64,000 nucleotides of DNA from the human T2T-CHM13v2.0 reference genome, Homo sapiens (GCF_009914755.1 NC_060929.1); one strand, 5' to 3'; counted from the first letter of the stretch, positions 13,746 to 30,073 are shown. Made by a program: numbers and translations. The notes: a model not told the origin generated them from the letters alone.

Positions 13746-14619
13746 CCCAGGAATAATAGAACCTTCTTCCGAGTTATTAAAGTGATTAAATCAGGTAATA
13801 CATGTCAAGGTGGTGTGTAAACTGAAATATTACACAGAAAGTAACTATTCTTACTGTCCTAAGGTGGCATGATTTATGCTTTTGGACTCTTGAGCCCATT
13901 GTGGAGATTAAGAAACAAAGAATCTGTAATCATCAATATGAATTTATAGTTACTTTTCAGGTCTGACAAGTTTAAACCCTGAAATTAATTGTTCCCTGAG
14001 GCTTTCTAAAATTTTTGAGTTAATGCTATAAATTCCTACAATTTGTCGTCTACTCAAAAGCCACTACAGAGGGATGTAGTGCCTAAACTGTCACCTAACA
14101 GTAGAGTGTGCCAGCAATGCAATCTTTAGAGTACCTTGGACACTCTATCAGATAAAAAGATCACTTGAAAGGGGAATTTGACAATTAACATGCCAAATAA
14201 ATGTTGAAAACACTGACTAAAGATGAGGTGTGGGGTAAGGAAGATGAAAAACCTCTTTATCCCAAATTCAGGATGGCATCCTGAACCTTCAATGTTTGCT
14301 TCCACTGATAAGAAATGATTTCATGAAATTGCTTTCTTAATCTACAGGCAATTCATTTGAAAAATTTATGCCACAGGAAAAGAGGCAATAATGAATATTT
14401 TCAGTAAGCTGAATGTACCGAATGTACCTTACTTTTATTTTTTAGATTGTGAGAGTGAGGGACTTAGTCTCAGAATAATTACAATACTTAACTTTTTTTT
14501 TCTAATTTTACAAAGAAACATTAAAAAAACAGCAAATTTGAAAGAATTTTATGTACTTACCTGTGCATCTACCACCTAGAGTCTACCATTACTATTTTAC
14601 TACACCTGTCAGGCTTATT

Positions 14620-17200
<2,581 letters not shown>

Positions 17201-17895
17201 TGCATTTTTTAAAACCTATGATGGGCTAGACTCTGGGCTATATTCTTTACATAAATTCTCTTCTCCTCTTCACAATGGCCTGTTAAATAGTTATTGTCTC
17301 CATATTTTTTATAGTTGAACTATCCCAAGGGTATTCAGCCAGACTCAGGATTCAGTCCAGTCTTCTTCCACAGTGGCTGCTGCTTATTGATCTAGCTAAC
17401 TTTTATTTAGCATTTGTTATGTGCCAACACTGTGCTAAGCTTGAGGAAATAAGAGTTGAACAAGGCTTCCTAGAATACTTCACAGAGGAAGAGACAAAAG
17501 CTACACCTTAGAGGATGAACATAAGCTTGCAAAGAAAAGGTAGAGCAGGGAGAGCATTCTAGACTGAAGGAAAAGCATGCGAAAGGCAAGGAAGTATGGA
17601 ATTGCTCCATACATTCAAGAAACATCCAGTGTTTTGCTACAGCTAAAAGGAGGGTAGTAGAGAATTTTCTCATGTTTGGCTTGAAATGTTTGTGGATATC
17701 TCAAGGGCAATGACCAGCAGGCAGTTGGCTGCAAGAGTCTGGAGCTTAGGAGAGAGGTCTGGGCTAGAGATTGAGCTTTGGGAGTGGTCCTAGCACAAGT
17801 AACATTGTACACAGAGAAAGTATTAGAGTTAATAGCAGAGAGGGCCAAGGGAACATTAGAAACGTGCACATTTAAGTGGTAAAATAATTGAGAAT

Positions 17896-18209
<314 letters not shown>

Positions 18210-18420
18210 AATTGATAATAAATGGTAGGAGGAGAGGAGATAGGAGAGTATAACGAACCAGTGGAGGTGAGATATTCTGGTTTTTATTTTTCTATTATGG
18301 GTAACATGTAGCATAAAAAAAGATCTTCAAAGAGATGATGCTTTGCAAAACTTATATTAAATTAGAACTTTTAATCAAATGCAAAATTTAAAAAGTGAAG
18401 TATTATAAAAATGTTAAGCG

Positions 18421-18846
18421 TGTTAAAGCAAACTAAATATGGCCTGAGAAAGACTCCGTACTTCTATATTTGAGTCTTTGTGGATGAACTGTAATCTAAC
18501 TTAATAAGCAAAATTGAAAACCTGACTTAATAACTATGCACCTGTAACAGGAGCTGAGTGGTGGCCAATCCCAGCAGCCATACTTCAACCACTCATAGAC
18601 TACTGAATGTTCAAACTGCATTCAAATAAGGCAAATGCTGAGCTGTAACCAATCTCACTGTTTCTGTACCTCATTTCCAATTCCTGTACCTCACTTTACC
18701 TTTTTTGTCTATAAATTTGTTCTGACCACAAGACACCCCTGGAGTCTCTGTGAATCTGCTGTGATTCTGGGGGCTGCCCGATTCATGAATGGTTCATTGC
18801 TCAATTAAACTCCTTTAAATTTAATTTGGCTGAAGTTCTTTTATCA
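18421..18846 (+). mobile_element. ERV1 solo LTR (MER57-like)
   Basis: Starts TGTTAAAGCAAACTAAATATGGCCTGAGAA.GACTCCGTACTTCTATATTTGAGTC; has CCAAT boxes, TATAAA and ATTAAA. Confidence 0.75.
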
Positions 18847-19160
18847 AGTACTATTATGGGGTTTTATAATCAAGTAGTTTGATAATGGTGATAAATATAT
18901 GATATATAGAAATTGCAGGAAAAGTTCAATTAGGTTGAGTGCTTATTAAACCAGTAAACCGGGTATATAACTAAGGAAATTTTTCCCCAATTATTAATAC
19001 AAAATGACTTTCACCTGAATTTCCCTCAAATAATTTGGATTTTCACTTTAAACTCAATAACTGGCAAATCCATCCCTCTTCAAAAAACAAAGAAACTTCC
19101 CCCCAAAGACCCCCAAAACCCTCTTTACAGTGTGTTACCCTTAAACACACAGAATGCCCA

Positions 19161-19608
19161 TGTAGTGGGCTGAATAGTGTTCCCCCTCAAAGTATCTGTG
19201 TCCGCCTTTATTTGGAAATACAGGCTTCGTAGATGTAATTAGTCAAGGATCTCAAGACAGAAACCATCCTGGACTTAGGGTGGTCCTTAAGACCACTGAC
19301 TGGTATCTTTATAAGAGAGAGGAGAGGGAGGTTTGGACACAGGCACATAGAGAAGAAGGCAATGTGAAGATGGAGGCAGAGATTGGCTGCATTTATAAGC
19401 CAAGGAACACCAAGGACTGCCAACAACCAACAGAAGCTCTGGCAGAGGCATGGGATGGTTTCTCCCTCAATGCTTCCAGAAAGAATCCACCCTGCCAACC
19501 CCTTCATTTTGGGCTTCTGACCTCCAGAACTGTGATAGAAATGATTTCTGTTGTTTTCAGCCACCCAGTTTGTGGTAATTTCTTACAGCAGCCGTAGGAA
19601 ACTAACAT
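19161..19608 (+). mobile_element. MaLR LTR (MLT1C/D-like)
   Basis: TGTAGTGGGCTGAATAGTG...GTGAAGATGGAGGCAGAGATTGG...CAGCCGTAGGAAACTAA. Confidence 0.8.
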
Positions 19609-19663
19609 AGCTTCTATTCCTCACCAGCTTCCCAGACCCCCTAAACTATGATTACACAGATAA

Positions 19664-19962
19664 TTTTTTTTTTTTTTGAGATGGAGTTTCACTCTAGTCA
19701 CTCAGGCTGGAGTGCAATGTGATCTTGGCTCACTGCAACCTCCACCTCCTGAATTCAAGTGATTGTCCTGCCTCAGCCTCCCAAGTAGCTGGGGTTTCAG
19801 GTTTCAGGCACCTGCCACCATGCCCAGCTAATTTTTGTATTTTTAGTAGAGATGGGGTTTCACCCTATTGGCCAGGCTGGTCTCGAACTCCTGACCTCAG
19901 GCAATCCGCCTGCCTTGGCCACAAAGTGCTGGGATTACAGGCATGAGCCACCGCGCCCGGCC
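19664..19962 (-). repeat. Alu (S-type)
   Basis: Reverse Alu dimer. Confidence 0.93.
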
Positions 19963-21308
19963 AATTTTTTATATTGATTTAAAAACCCATAGGTTTTTGT
20001 AATTGGTACTTACATGAATATGCAAAGGACAATATTCACAGTAGTATGCCATGAGCTAGTTTTTTAAATGCTCACAGAAATTTCAAATGCAAACTGGTTT
20101 TACTTATGTAGCTTAAACAAATGCCAATTGTTGAACTTTGTGCTGGCTCTTTAATATCAGTTCTCTTTTTTCTTCCAGTTAATGTTGATTAGCATCAGCT
20201 CATTTAGTCAGTTAACATTTATTTCCTAAAATCAAACACTCTTGATTGGTCAGCCTGGGAGAAGAGGGCTAAGATTAAGGTTAGTGATGGTTCCCTTAAA
20301 ACCTGTCGAGTGTCTGCATTGTTAGACACACTGAAATCTAAGAATCCCATCTCTCTGGGGCTGTTCACTTTACTAATAATTATTTATAAAAGGGAAGCTG
20401 AGACAATAAATTGCCAATAACCATGTAACATAATAACCACAATGAAAAGACATTAAAGCTACCTTTTCTGTAGCCTGATTTTACCTAGATGGTGGGTTTT
20501 GGTAACAAGCCATCACTAGAGGTCAGTTTTTGATTACATGTCTTCTCAGGTTCAGCCTATGTTTTGATTTTTGGCTACTGGGCACCTCTCTGGTTTTTAG
20601 GCTTTAAAGCAGATCCAAATGTTATATTATAGTCTTGTAAATGTTTCATCCTTTTTGCTTCTGATAGATTAGAACTCTAATTATTAAAAACTATTTTTAA
20701 GCATTTGTGACTACAAAAACTCCTAAACTTCAAATGGTTTAAATTTTGATGTTTATTTTAATTTTAAAATATTTTAAAAATTATTCAATAATAGAACAAT
20801 CTGTAATGAAAACTTACACATATGTGAGAGGTACTATTTTAAGATGAGAGTTTGCAGGTCAAATTAGTCAGGGAGGAAAGAGTAGAAGTCAGAGTGGGAA
20901 AGGCCCTTAAAACTTAATAGGGAATATCAAATCTCTACAAAAATTTTATTCAAGACAGTGTCTAAGACTTAGAAGCAACTAACTTAAAAGCAAACTTTTG
21001 GAACTTAATCCTATTTTCATTGGGGACTCCGTTTATGAATAATATGCTGTAATTATACGTAGAAGCTTAAGGACTGAAACAGAGCATTCCAAATGACAAA
21101 TGTTTTCTCCTGAAGAAATGGCACCCAAATTATGTTGTACAAGTAAGCGGAATAAAATAATCATATGCTTGTTATTAAAATTATCATATGCCTAACATTC
21201 ATGATTTTCAAAAGTGAAAAACAGTATGTTATCTTTGAGTTTGTTTTCATGTGATATAAATTTATAAGCAAGTCAAAATTAAATAATGTACTGAGCATTA
21301 ATTTAAGC

Positions 21309-21508
21309 CAGGATTTTTCAGCCTCAGCACTATTGACATTTGGGGCTGGATAATGCTTCGTCGTGAGGGGCTGTGTAGTGTGAGGTGTTCAGTAATATCC
21401 CTGGCCCCAACCCATTAGATAGGTCCCCTCTCCAATTGTGACAACCAAAATGTCTCTAGACATTGCCAAATATCCCTCGGAACTAAATTGTCCCCAGTTG
21501 GGAACCAC
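21309..21508 (+). mobile_element. MER20 hAT DNA transposon
   Basis: CCTCAGCACTATTGACATTTGGGGCTGGATAAT...GTGACAACCAAAATGTCTCTAGACATTGCCAAA...CCCAGTTGGGAACCAC. Confidence 0.85.
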
Positions 21509-22349
21509 GAATTATTAATCCCTAAAAGACAAAGCAGCAACTCCTGACCCCTACAAAAAGTTTTAAATCAATAACTTAGTTTAAAATCCTTACTAAGTGG
21601 GATCATTACTAATCTCACTTCATTGTACCTTCAGTATCTGGAAACCGTCCCTATGGTCACACTTACCACGGCTCATTATTATTTTAAAACATGGGGCTGT
21701 GTCATTTCCTGTCTGTGAGTTTGGACTGCAGTGGGAATCCATTAGTTGAATGACCTTCTGTGTAGGTTAATCACAAGACAAGTTCTCAAACTAAGGGTTT
21801 CCCTGCGGCTCATTTCTTTTTAAAGTTATGGAATACCTGTTCTGCTTATACCTTTTAGATTCATAATTATTTTTCTTGTATCAAAATTTCAATTAATAGA
21901 AATAAATGACGTTACTGACACTTCATGATGATTAAGTTTTGGGCAAGTGAACCATTTTACACTCTATTTTTTATTCCTCCCACTTTTAGTCAGAATACAC
22001 CTGCAGAATAAGTAACAGAACTGTGTGAAAAGAACGACTAGGTCATTACGGTTAATAGTTTTAGAAAAACAGCCGAGGCCTGGTCTGGAAAGCTCACAAC
22101 CTCCACCCAGATGCTTTCCAGCCTCGGGGATATTCGTACTAGCAGTGACACTAGCCAGCTTCCTCTAGGCTGGCTCTGATGTTGGAAGACAAGCACGCAG
22201 ATGTGTGTTACTTTTCAAGCCTGGACATCGTTTCTGAGGAATTTAACTCCACCTCTCCTGCCAGAATGGAAAATCAACGCCCCCCATTCCCGCCCTTCAC
22301 CAACCCCTCTCCGCCTGCCCCTTTCCCTTGGGTCCTCTCTGTTACAGAA

Positions 22350-22522
22350 GTTCTGATTTTTCCTAGCGAGCTGGAGGAAAGGCAGGTACCCGGAGTGGAG
22401 TTATATTACCTGTTTCTTTGTTCTGATGGGACCCCAGAGAGGACATCACGCTTTGTAACTGGTTCTTCAAGGGGAGAAGCAAATGTGTCCCTGAAAACTT
22501 CAGCTGCCGCGTTTGGCACCAG
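22350..22522 (+). other. NNT: Candidate alternative non-coding first exon (1a) of NNT
   Basis: Donor CAG|GTTTGA at 22522/22523; matches my recollection of an NNT 5'UTR variant. Start approximate. Confidence 0.55.
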
Positions 22523-22539
22523 GTTTGATTGACAAGGAC

Positions 22540-23330
22540 TGGCGGAGGGAAAGCGCGGAGGCTGGGCTGGGGGCCGCAGGCCGAGGCAGAGACAAAGAGG
22601 TTTCGCCTGTCCCCGAGAGTGGAAGGGCCCCTGGGGGTAACTAGCCTTTGAGCTCAAAGGGGCATTTCGTGAGGTCGCCTTTTGGTTCGGAGAGCGCGCG
22701 GCGATCGGGTGGAGGGGGCCTGGCGGGAAGAAAGCTGGGGCGGGGAAGGGGCGCGGGCCGAGGTGGGAGCGGAGCTGCAGTCACGTGGCCGCCCGCCGCC
22801 GCGGAGTTGGGGCTGTTCTTCCGGGTTGGAGGCGCAGCGCCGCGGGGCCCAAGCCCGGGTCTGCCAGCGCGACGTCCTCTCGCGGCCCTCAGGGCACAGC
22901 CCAAGGCTGTCAGCCTCCCGGCCCAGGTGAGCGCGACGGCACTGGCGGGTGCGGGCAGCCGGGGCGCGCGCCTAGGGCGCAGCTGGGAAAGGGGCTCGGG
23001 CCTTTCCTGAAGACCACGGCCCTCGCCGGGAGAGAGACCTGTCAAAGAGCAAAGCGGGGCGGGGTCGGCGGTGTCCCGGGCGCAGGGTGCATTGGGGTGT
23101 CCGCAGGCCGCAGGCTTAGGTGGGGAAGAAGCACCGTGCCTCTTGGTGTCCCTTTCTCGTCTCCTGCTGGGGCGATGTCGAAGGGAGTGGGCTGGTGGAT
23201 TTGGGAACTGGGTCCCCGAAGAGGGCAGGGAATGAGGCGGCAGCTGTGCAGGTGCAGATATTTGCAGCTTTGGGGGACAGCGAGAGTCGTACGGGGTCAT
23301 TTCGGCCCTCAAGATCGGGGGTGGTGGAGA
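22540..23330. promoter_or_regulatory. CpG island / bidirectional promoter
   Basis: Very high GC and CpG density; GC boxes (GGGGCGGGG at 22737 and ~23056), E-box CACGTG 22782-87, ETS-type CTTCCGG 22818-24. Confidence 0.92.
22805..22926 (+). other. NNT: NNT non-coding exon 1 (1b)
   Basis: Strong donor CAG|GTGAGC at 22926/22927 inside the CpG island; contains no ATG. TSS approximate. Confidence 0.8.
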
Positions 23331-24313
23331 GGGAGGTCATAGAGGACTTTCGATGGGCGGTTCATCCAGAGAGGTGGCAGCTGGATGCCCTTGAGGTATG
23401 CTTGACCCTTGAGGGAGTTCGGAGAGGGTGTCCGGCTGGGGACATAGGAGATTGCGAGCACAAATTGTGAGTGTGAGTTGGGGCGGTCTGGCGGTGGTGG
23501 GTACAAGTTTCTGGGGCCTAGGCTGGTGAGGAGGAAGAGACAGCGGAGAGGGCGACCTGGGCAGAGCTAGTTCAAACTCAACAGCCGGAATGACTATTTG
23601 CAGCCGTGGCCAATCGGCTTCCTAGGGAGGTTATAAATAGCGGTCTCGTGCAGATGCCAGCGGGTGGCAGTTAGTTGCCGAGCAAGGGACGGCACCGGTG
23701 GCAGTAGCCGTGACACCAGTGGCTTTGGGTGAGGTCACGGCGCCTGCCAGCCGAAGCTGGCTCAGTAGGGTATTGTGTCCTTGCTGGTATGTCTCGCTTT
23801 TAAAAGCGTGACTTGTTTATGGTTGCCGGTGTCCTTTATTCACCCTGTGGCGCCGGCCAGTCCTTAGGTGGTCTGTTTGTCAGGAGTCTTGTAGGACAGA
23901 CTTATTCGGAGAAGCGCGTGGGGCTTAGGTGCCTACCTACTCTTCTTATTTAAAGTGTGCCCCTTTTCTTCATTGCACCCCTTTTATTTGTAAACCTTGA
24001 CTTTTTATTAACAGACAGTTTAGGATTGCCTTCTTTCCAGCAGGTGCGCTTAGGCTGCTTACCTTGGTGATAGAATCAGTTTTCCACAAGGCTACACAAA
24101 CATTTCCTTTTCAAAGGAAATTTTCCGAAAATCCTTGGAAAATGTGCTCAATAGGTACTTAGGCTTAAGGTCACCTAGCCCTATTCATTCAGTCAAAAAT
24201 ACTGACTTCCTCTGTGTTGTGCAAAGCACTGGGGGAGAGTAATACCAAAGTGAATATAACAGCTGATAAGGATATTCTCAGTCCTGGCAACAACCCTGAG
24301 AGGTAGGTGCTGT

Positions 24314-24600
24314 TATTTTATTTTTTCAAGTCTCGCTCTGTTGTCCAAGCTGGAGTACAGTGGCACAATCACGGCTTACTGCAGCCTGGAACTCCTGGGC
24401 TCAAGTGATTCTCCCACCTCAGACTCCCAAGTAGCTGGGACTTCAGGCTTGCACCACCATGCCCTGCTAATTAATTTTTTTTTTTTAGCAATGGGGGTCT
24501 CACTGTGTTGGCCAGGCTAGTCTTGAATTCTTGGCCTCAAGCAGTCCTCCCCACTAGCCTCCCAAAGAGATGGCATTATAGGCGTGAGCCACCACCCTGG
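24314..24600 (-). repeat. AluJ-type element inside a MIR
   Basis: Reverse Alu flanked by GGTGCT.TTATT; MIR core (GATGAGGAAA...AAGGTCACACAGC) resumes after it. Confidence 0.88.
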
Positions 24601-24866
24601 GTGGGTGCTATTATTCCCCATTTTAAAGATGAGGAAATTAAGTACAGGGAAGTTAAGTGACTTCCCAAGGTCACACAGCCAATAAGTTGCAGAGTGGGGC
24701 TTCCAATCCGCAGATCCAGAGCTGACTCTCTTAAATATCTGTGGTATCCTCCCTCTTTAGGTTGGGTGCTTTCCCTCAAGGATTTTAATATCTAATAGGG
24801 GAAATAACCCATATAAGTTACATTAAACATACATATGAAAGCAATGCTTAAAAAGTTGTGCTTTTG

Positions 24867-25186
<320 letters not shown>

Positions 25187-26602
25187 GTGCTTTTTTCCCC
25201 TAATTTTGAGTTATAAAGTTTTTTTCTTATTGCTTCAAAGCCACAGGAACACATGGATAAATGAGAGCTTTACAGTGAAGATGGAGGAAAATGTGATGAT
25301 TAGGATGGAGTATTATCTTTTGTATAAACCTGTACAGGTCAATGATAAGATAGTTTAAATATTCTCTATCTTTCAGGGCCATTTGTATTTGGTTTAGACT
25401 TAGTGATATGTATTGCTTTTGCCAAGAAATGACCTCCTGATCTCTGCCCTGTATGTTCACAGTTGAATCAAGTGAAATTTTTCACAGAAATGGGCCTATG
25501 AAGGCTTTGGCCCTACTGATGTCTGATGCCCCTGCCAAGGATCTGCTGAACATCAAATTACCATTTTCCAAGTAGAAGGAACAAATTTTCCAGATTTCAG
25601 GCCATGAAATAGGACTTCAGTTTTATAGCATTACAAAGTCTCATCTAATCATAAAATTTCTAGAGACTAAAATGGCCTTTGAAACCTGTGCTTTTTTTAT
25701 AGTTGAGCTAACTGAGGCAGGGGGAGGTTCAGGTCGAACAGTAAGTGAGTGGCAGATTTGGACAATACAGGACTCTATTAAAGCTCAGTTCACTCTTTTG
25801 CTGATGAGGTCTGGGAACTCTTTGTCAGCCCCATAAAAATGGTGGTTGTTGGGGAGTTGGGATGATCCAAGAAGAGAAACTTGGGTAAGTGGGGAGGTTG
25901 GGATAGGAGTAGGTCACTCAGTAATGGTGGGGAAAAAAAATCTCACTCAAGACAAGAATAATCTTTTACACATCTTTGCAACTCCCTTAGTTCTTGGCAT
26001 AGATTCGGTAGGGGTTTTGAATGTGTAGCTGAATTTCGAACTAATTTTCTCTTTATTCTCAGCCATGATAACTCTAGATGTGACCCATGAATGAATGAGT
26101 AGGGTATTTATGAGACTTGAGAATACTTTAGGACTGAAATGAAATGACATGATATGTGGAAACACTTTGAACATGTAAAGCTGTCTGTCCAAATGCAAAT
26201 AATTATTCATACATATTTTTAATTGCATGCCAAAACACATCTTGCATTCTTTCTTCCTTAGCTATTTTTCATTTGATTCTCTTCATCTCAAACGGCTTTC
26301 CCTTCCTTTTCTGAGCTCTAAAAGAGGACACAATCTCATTCTTTGATCCTTCAAAGGACTCTGAGCTTGTGTTACTCTGTTACTCTACTTTGTAGTGTTA
26401 TTATTTGTTGACTTCTTATCTCCAGGAAAATTCCAGTTTGATTCTACAAGTGCTTCTTAATGGCAAAACTCTGCCCTTGGTATATATTTGTTGAATTAAG
26501 GGGCATCTTATGAATAAATATGCTCCCTGGATTAAAAATTTCCATTACCAATGCTGCTTTCTGGTATTTTAAAGATGTTTCTTCAAGGAGTTGTGGCAGC
26601 AG

Positions 26603-27372
26603 GTTTTTTTTGTTTTTTGTTTTTTTGTTTTTTTTTTGAGACAGAGTCTTGCTCTCTCGCCCAGGCTGGCAGGCTGGCAGGCTGGAGTGTAGTGGCATGA
26701 TCTCGGCTCACTGCAACCTTTGCCTCCCAAGTTCAAGCGATTCTGGTGCCTCAGCTTCATGAGTAGCTGGGACTACAGGTGCGCACCATCACTCCTGTCA
26801 GGACTCTGAGCCCAAGCTAAGCCATCATAACCCCTGTGATCTGCACGTATACATCCAGATGGCCTGAAGCAACTGAAGAACCACAAAAGAAGTGAAAATG
26901 GCCAGTTCCTGCCTTAACTGATGACATTCCACCATTGTGATTTGTTTGTGCCCAACCCTAACTGATCAATTGACCTTGTGACATTCCTTCTCCTGGACAA
27001 TGAGTCTCAGGAGCTCCCCACTGAGCACCTTGTGACCCCCACCACTGTCTGCAAGAGAAAACCTCCCTTAACTGTAATTTTCCACCACCTACCCAAATCC
27101 TATAAAACTGCCCCACCCCTATCTGTCTTTGCTGACTCTCTTTTCGGACTCAGCCCACTTGCACCCAAGTGAAAATAAACAGCCTTGTTGCTCACACAAA
27201 GCCTGTTTGGTGGTCTCTTCACACGGACGTGCATAACAACGCCCGGCTAATTTTTTGTATTTTTAGTAGAGACGAGGTTTTGCCATGTTGCCCAGGCTGG
27301 TCTTGAACTGCTGAACTCAGGCAACGCCTCCCAAAGTGCTAGGATTACAGGCATGAGCCACCAAGCCTGGCC
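26603..27372 (-). repeat. Alu split by an LTR7 insertion
   Basis: One half at 26603-26795, the other at 27239-27372. Confidence 0.9.
26796..27238 (+). mobile_element. Solo LTR7-family (HERV-H) LTR
   Basis: TGTCAGG.CTCTGAGCCCAAGCTAAGCCATCATA...GGTGGTCTCTTCACACGGACG; TATAAAA 27101, AATAAA 27174; 5-bp TSD ACTCC/ACGCC (one mismatch). Confidence 0.92.
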
Positions 27373-27548
27373 AGTGGCAGCAGTTCTGAAATTAAAAATG
27401 AGCTAAGTCTTTCTCCCTCTGGAGTCTGGAAGAACATTTACGGAGCCTGCTAGGATCAGATGCTCAGTCCCGTGAGGGTCCACATGATACAGCAGAACTT
27501 ACAGGCAGAGTTAGCAGTGTTAGCTGAGTTTGGCTGATAAAATTCTAA

Positions 27549-27859
<311 letters not shown>

Positions 27860-28731
27860 TTCTTTCCATTCTTGAAAGAAAGAAGAGAAAGGTATGGAGG
27901 ATCATTGGGAATTATGGGGACAGTGGGAGTGCCTTTCATGCATCCCTGGGGATCTACTGAGGAATGTGGTGGAGGTAGTTCCTGAAACCTTAGTAACAGC
28001 AAAACCCAGTGACACTTCACGCAGCCTGGTGAGAACTCGCAAAAAGTGGCCATTTGTGAGAACCACTGACAAAACAGTTCATAGTTATGGCCACATCAGC
28101 AAGCACAAGCCTATTTGATAAAGATACTATGGAATTTTTCTTTCTTTCTTCTTTCTTAGAGTCATGTGTCATGCATGTTTAATTTTCTTGAGAGGTGCAC
28201 TTGGCAAACATGAATCTTTTGTTCACTCAGTCAGCCTCAGTTCAGAGGTCTCAGTGGATAAGCATCCTGCTGCACTGAACAGGATGTCAGAGTATTTGGT
28301 ATGACCTGGTGGCTAAATGTAAGTCACCATTATACTGTACAGTATTTTAGGTAATTTAAGGGAAATTCAAAGGTAACTGAATTACATGCACTTTTTGCTG
28401 GACATGCTGACTTAGAAGATAACTTTCATGTAAGATACAACTTGATTCTGTAGCAATATGTGTGTGTATTAAAGCTTTCTAGCTACATTAAGGATCAAAT
28501 AGGTTATATGACCTAGGCTTGGAATTGAATAGTGAGTTTAGAACTCCAATTTTAGTGGGAAAATGGATTCCAAGTTTTAAATGTCTGAACTGGAAAACGA
28601 ATTTTGAGCATCTTCTATAAGTAAGGAACTTGGCAAATAAATTCTTTATAGATGTCTACATGTAACTGTTATATTTCAAGCTCTTTAGATTAGTATTTTT
28701 AAAATGTTTTTCATGTTTAAAAGACAAATAG

Positions 28732-28995
<264 letters not shown>

Positions 28996-29833
28996 TGATT
29001 GTAAATGAAACCTTCAAGTCATAGGAACTAATAGATCTGATGATTGATAAAAGGAAAAGCCATGTAGTTTTATGGCCTGGTGCTTGTGAGTGATCATTTT
29101 AAACAAACAACAAGTAAGTGCTATCTTGTATTTTCCATGTACTATAGACGTTCCTGATTTCCAGCGCTAACAGAGAAGACAAGGTAATAGAAAAAACAAA
29201 CAAACAAAAAAGATAAACCAGTTGAGTTGTCCCTGGAGCCTATTGCTCATAATAACCATTTCTCCTAGAAGCCCTTCCTAATTCCTTGTTAGTATTTGAG
29301 AATTGTACCATATACAGCTCATCTATGCTCAGGAATTAGGAATTAAGTATATTAATTGGTCTACATTAATGCTTTCCAATTTAGTTAGTAGCAATTTGAT
29401 TGCAGTTGCTCAGGTCAGAAACCCTGGAGTCATTCTACATCCTCCTAGTAGGTATAGGTCAGCTCCATCTCATATCTACAAACTGTCCTCTTCTTGCCAT
29501 TGCTACTTTTATCATCTTGGTCCAAGCCATCGTCATCTGTCACCTGTACTGATGCACCAGTCTTCTAAATGTCTCTGTGCTTTTTACCTCTGCCCCCTAC
29601 AGTCTGTTCTGCACAGGACAGTGAGAATAATCTTTTTAAAATGTACAGTCATGTCACTCCTCAATTCAAAATTTGCCACTTGCTTCCTAGCTCTTACAGA
29701 GGAAGATCTGAAGTCTTCCAGTGGCCTACAAGGCCTTCCCTGATAGAATGTCTCCTTGCTTCTGTTCTGGGGTACAGGCCAGAAGGAGGAGAGGCTAAAA
29801 AGGGGCCCTTCTAAACCAAGTCAACTGTCTGTC

Positions 29834-29935
29834 TTTTTTTTTTTTTTTTTTTTTTTAAGCAGCAGCAAGATTTATTGCAAAGAGCGAAAGAACAAAGCTT
29901 CCACAGAATGGAAGGGGACCCGAGCAGGTTGTCCC
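29834..29935 (-). mobile_element. Polyadenylated ~80-nt LTR12 (ERV9) R-region retrocopy with long TSD
   Basis: Minus strand reads ACAACCTGCTCGGGTCCCCTTCCATTCTGTGGAAGCTTTGTTCTTTCGCTCTTTGCAATAAATCTTGCTGCTGCTT followed by A23; TSD CCAAGTCAACT(G/C)TCT at 29816-30 / 29936-50. Confidence 0.8.
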
Positions 29936-30023
29936 CCAAGTCAACTCTCTTTCATCAGTCTTGCCCAAAGATCATCCCAGTACTTCTGTCACTTCACCTC
30001 ACTGTCCAGAACTCAGACATGTA

Positions 30024-30073
30024 GCTGTAAGGGAGACTTGGACATTTTGCTGTAAGGGAGACTTGGACATTTT
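30024..30073. repeat. Exact 25-bp tandem duplication
   Basis: GCTGTAAGGGAGACTTGGACATTTT x2. Confidence 0.95.

Noticed and set aside
22641-23342. Long ORFs on both strands (223, 185 and 120 aa)
   Set aside because: They lie in the CpG island, where stop codons are rare; low-complexity P/R/A/G composition and no recognisable domain.
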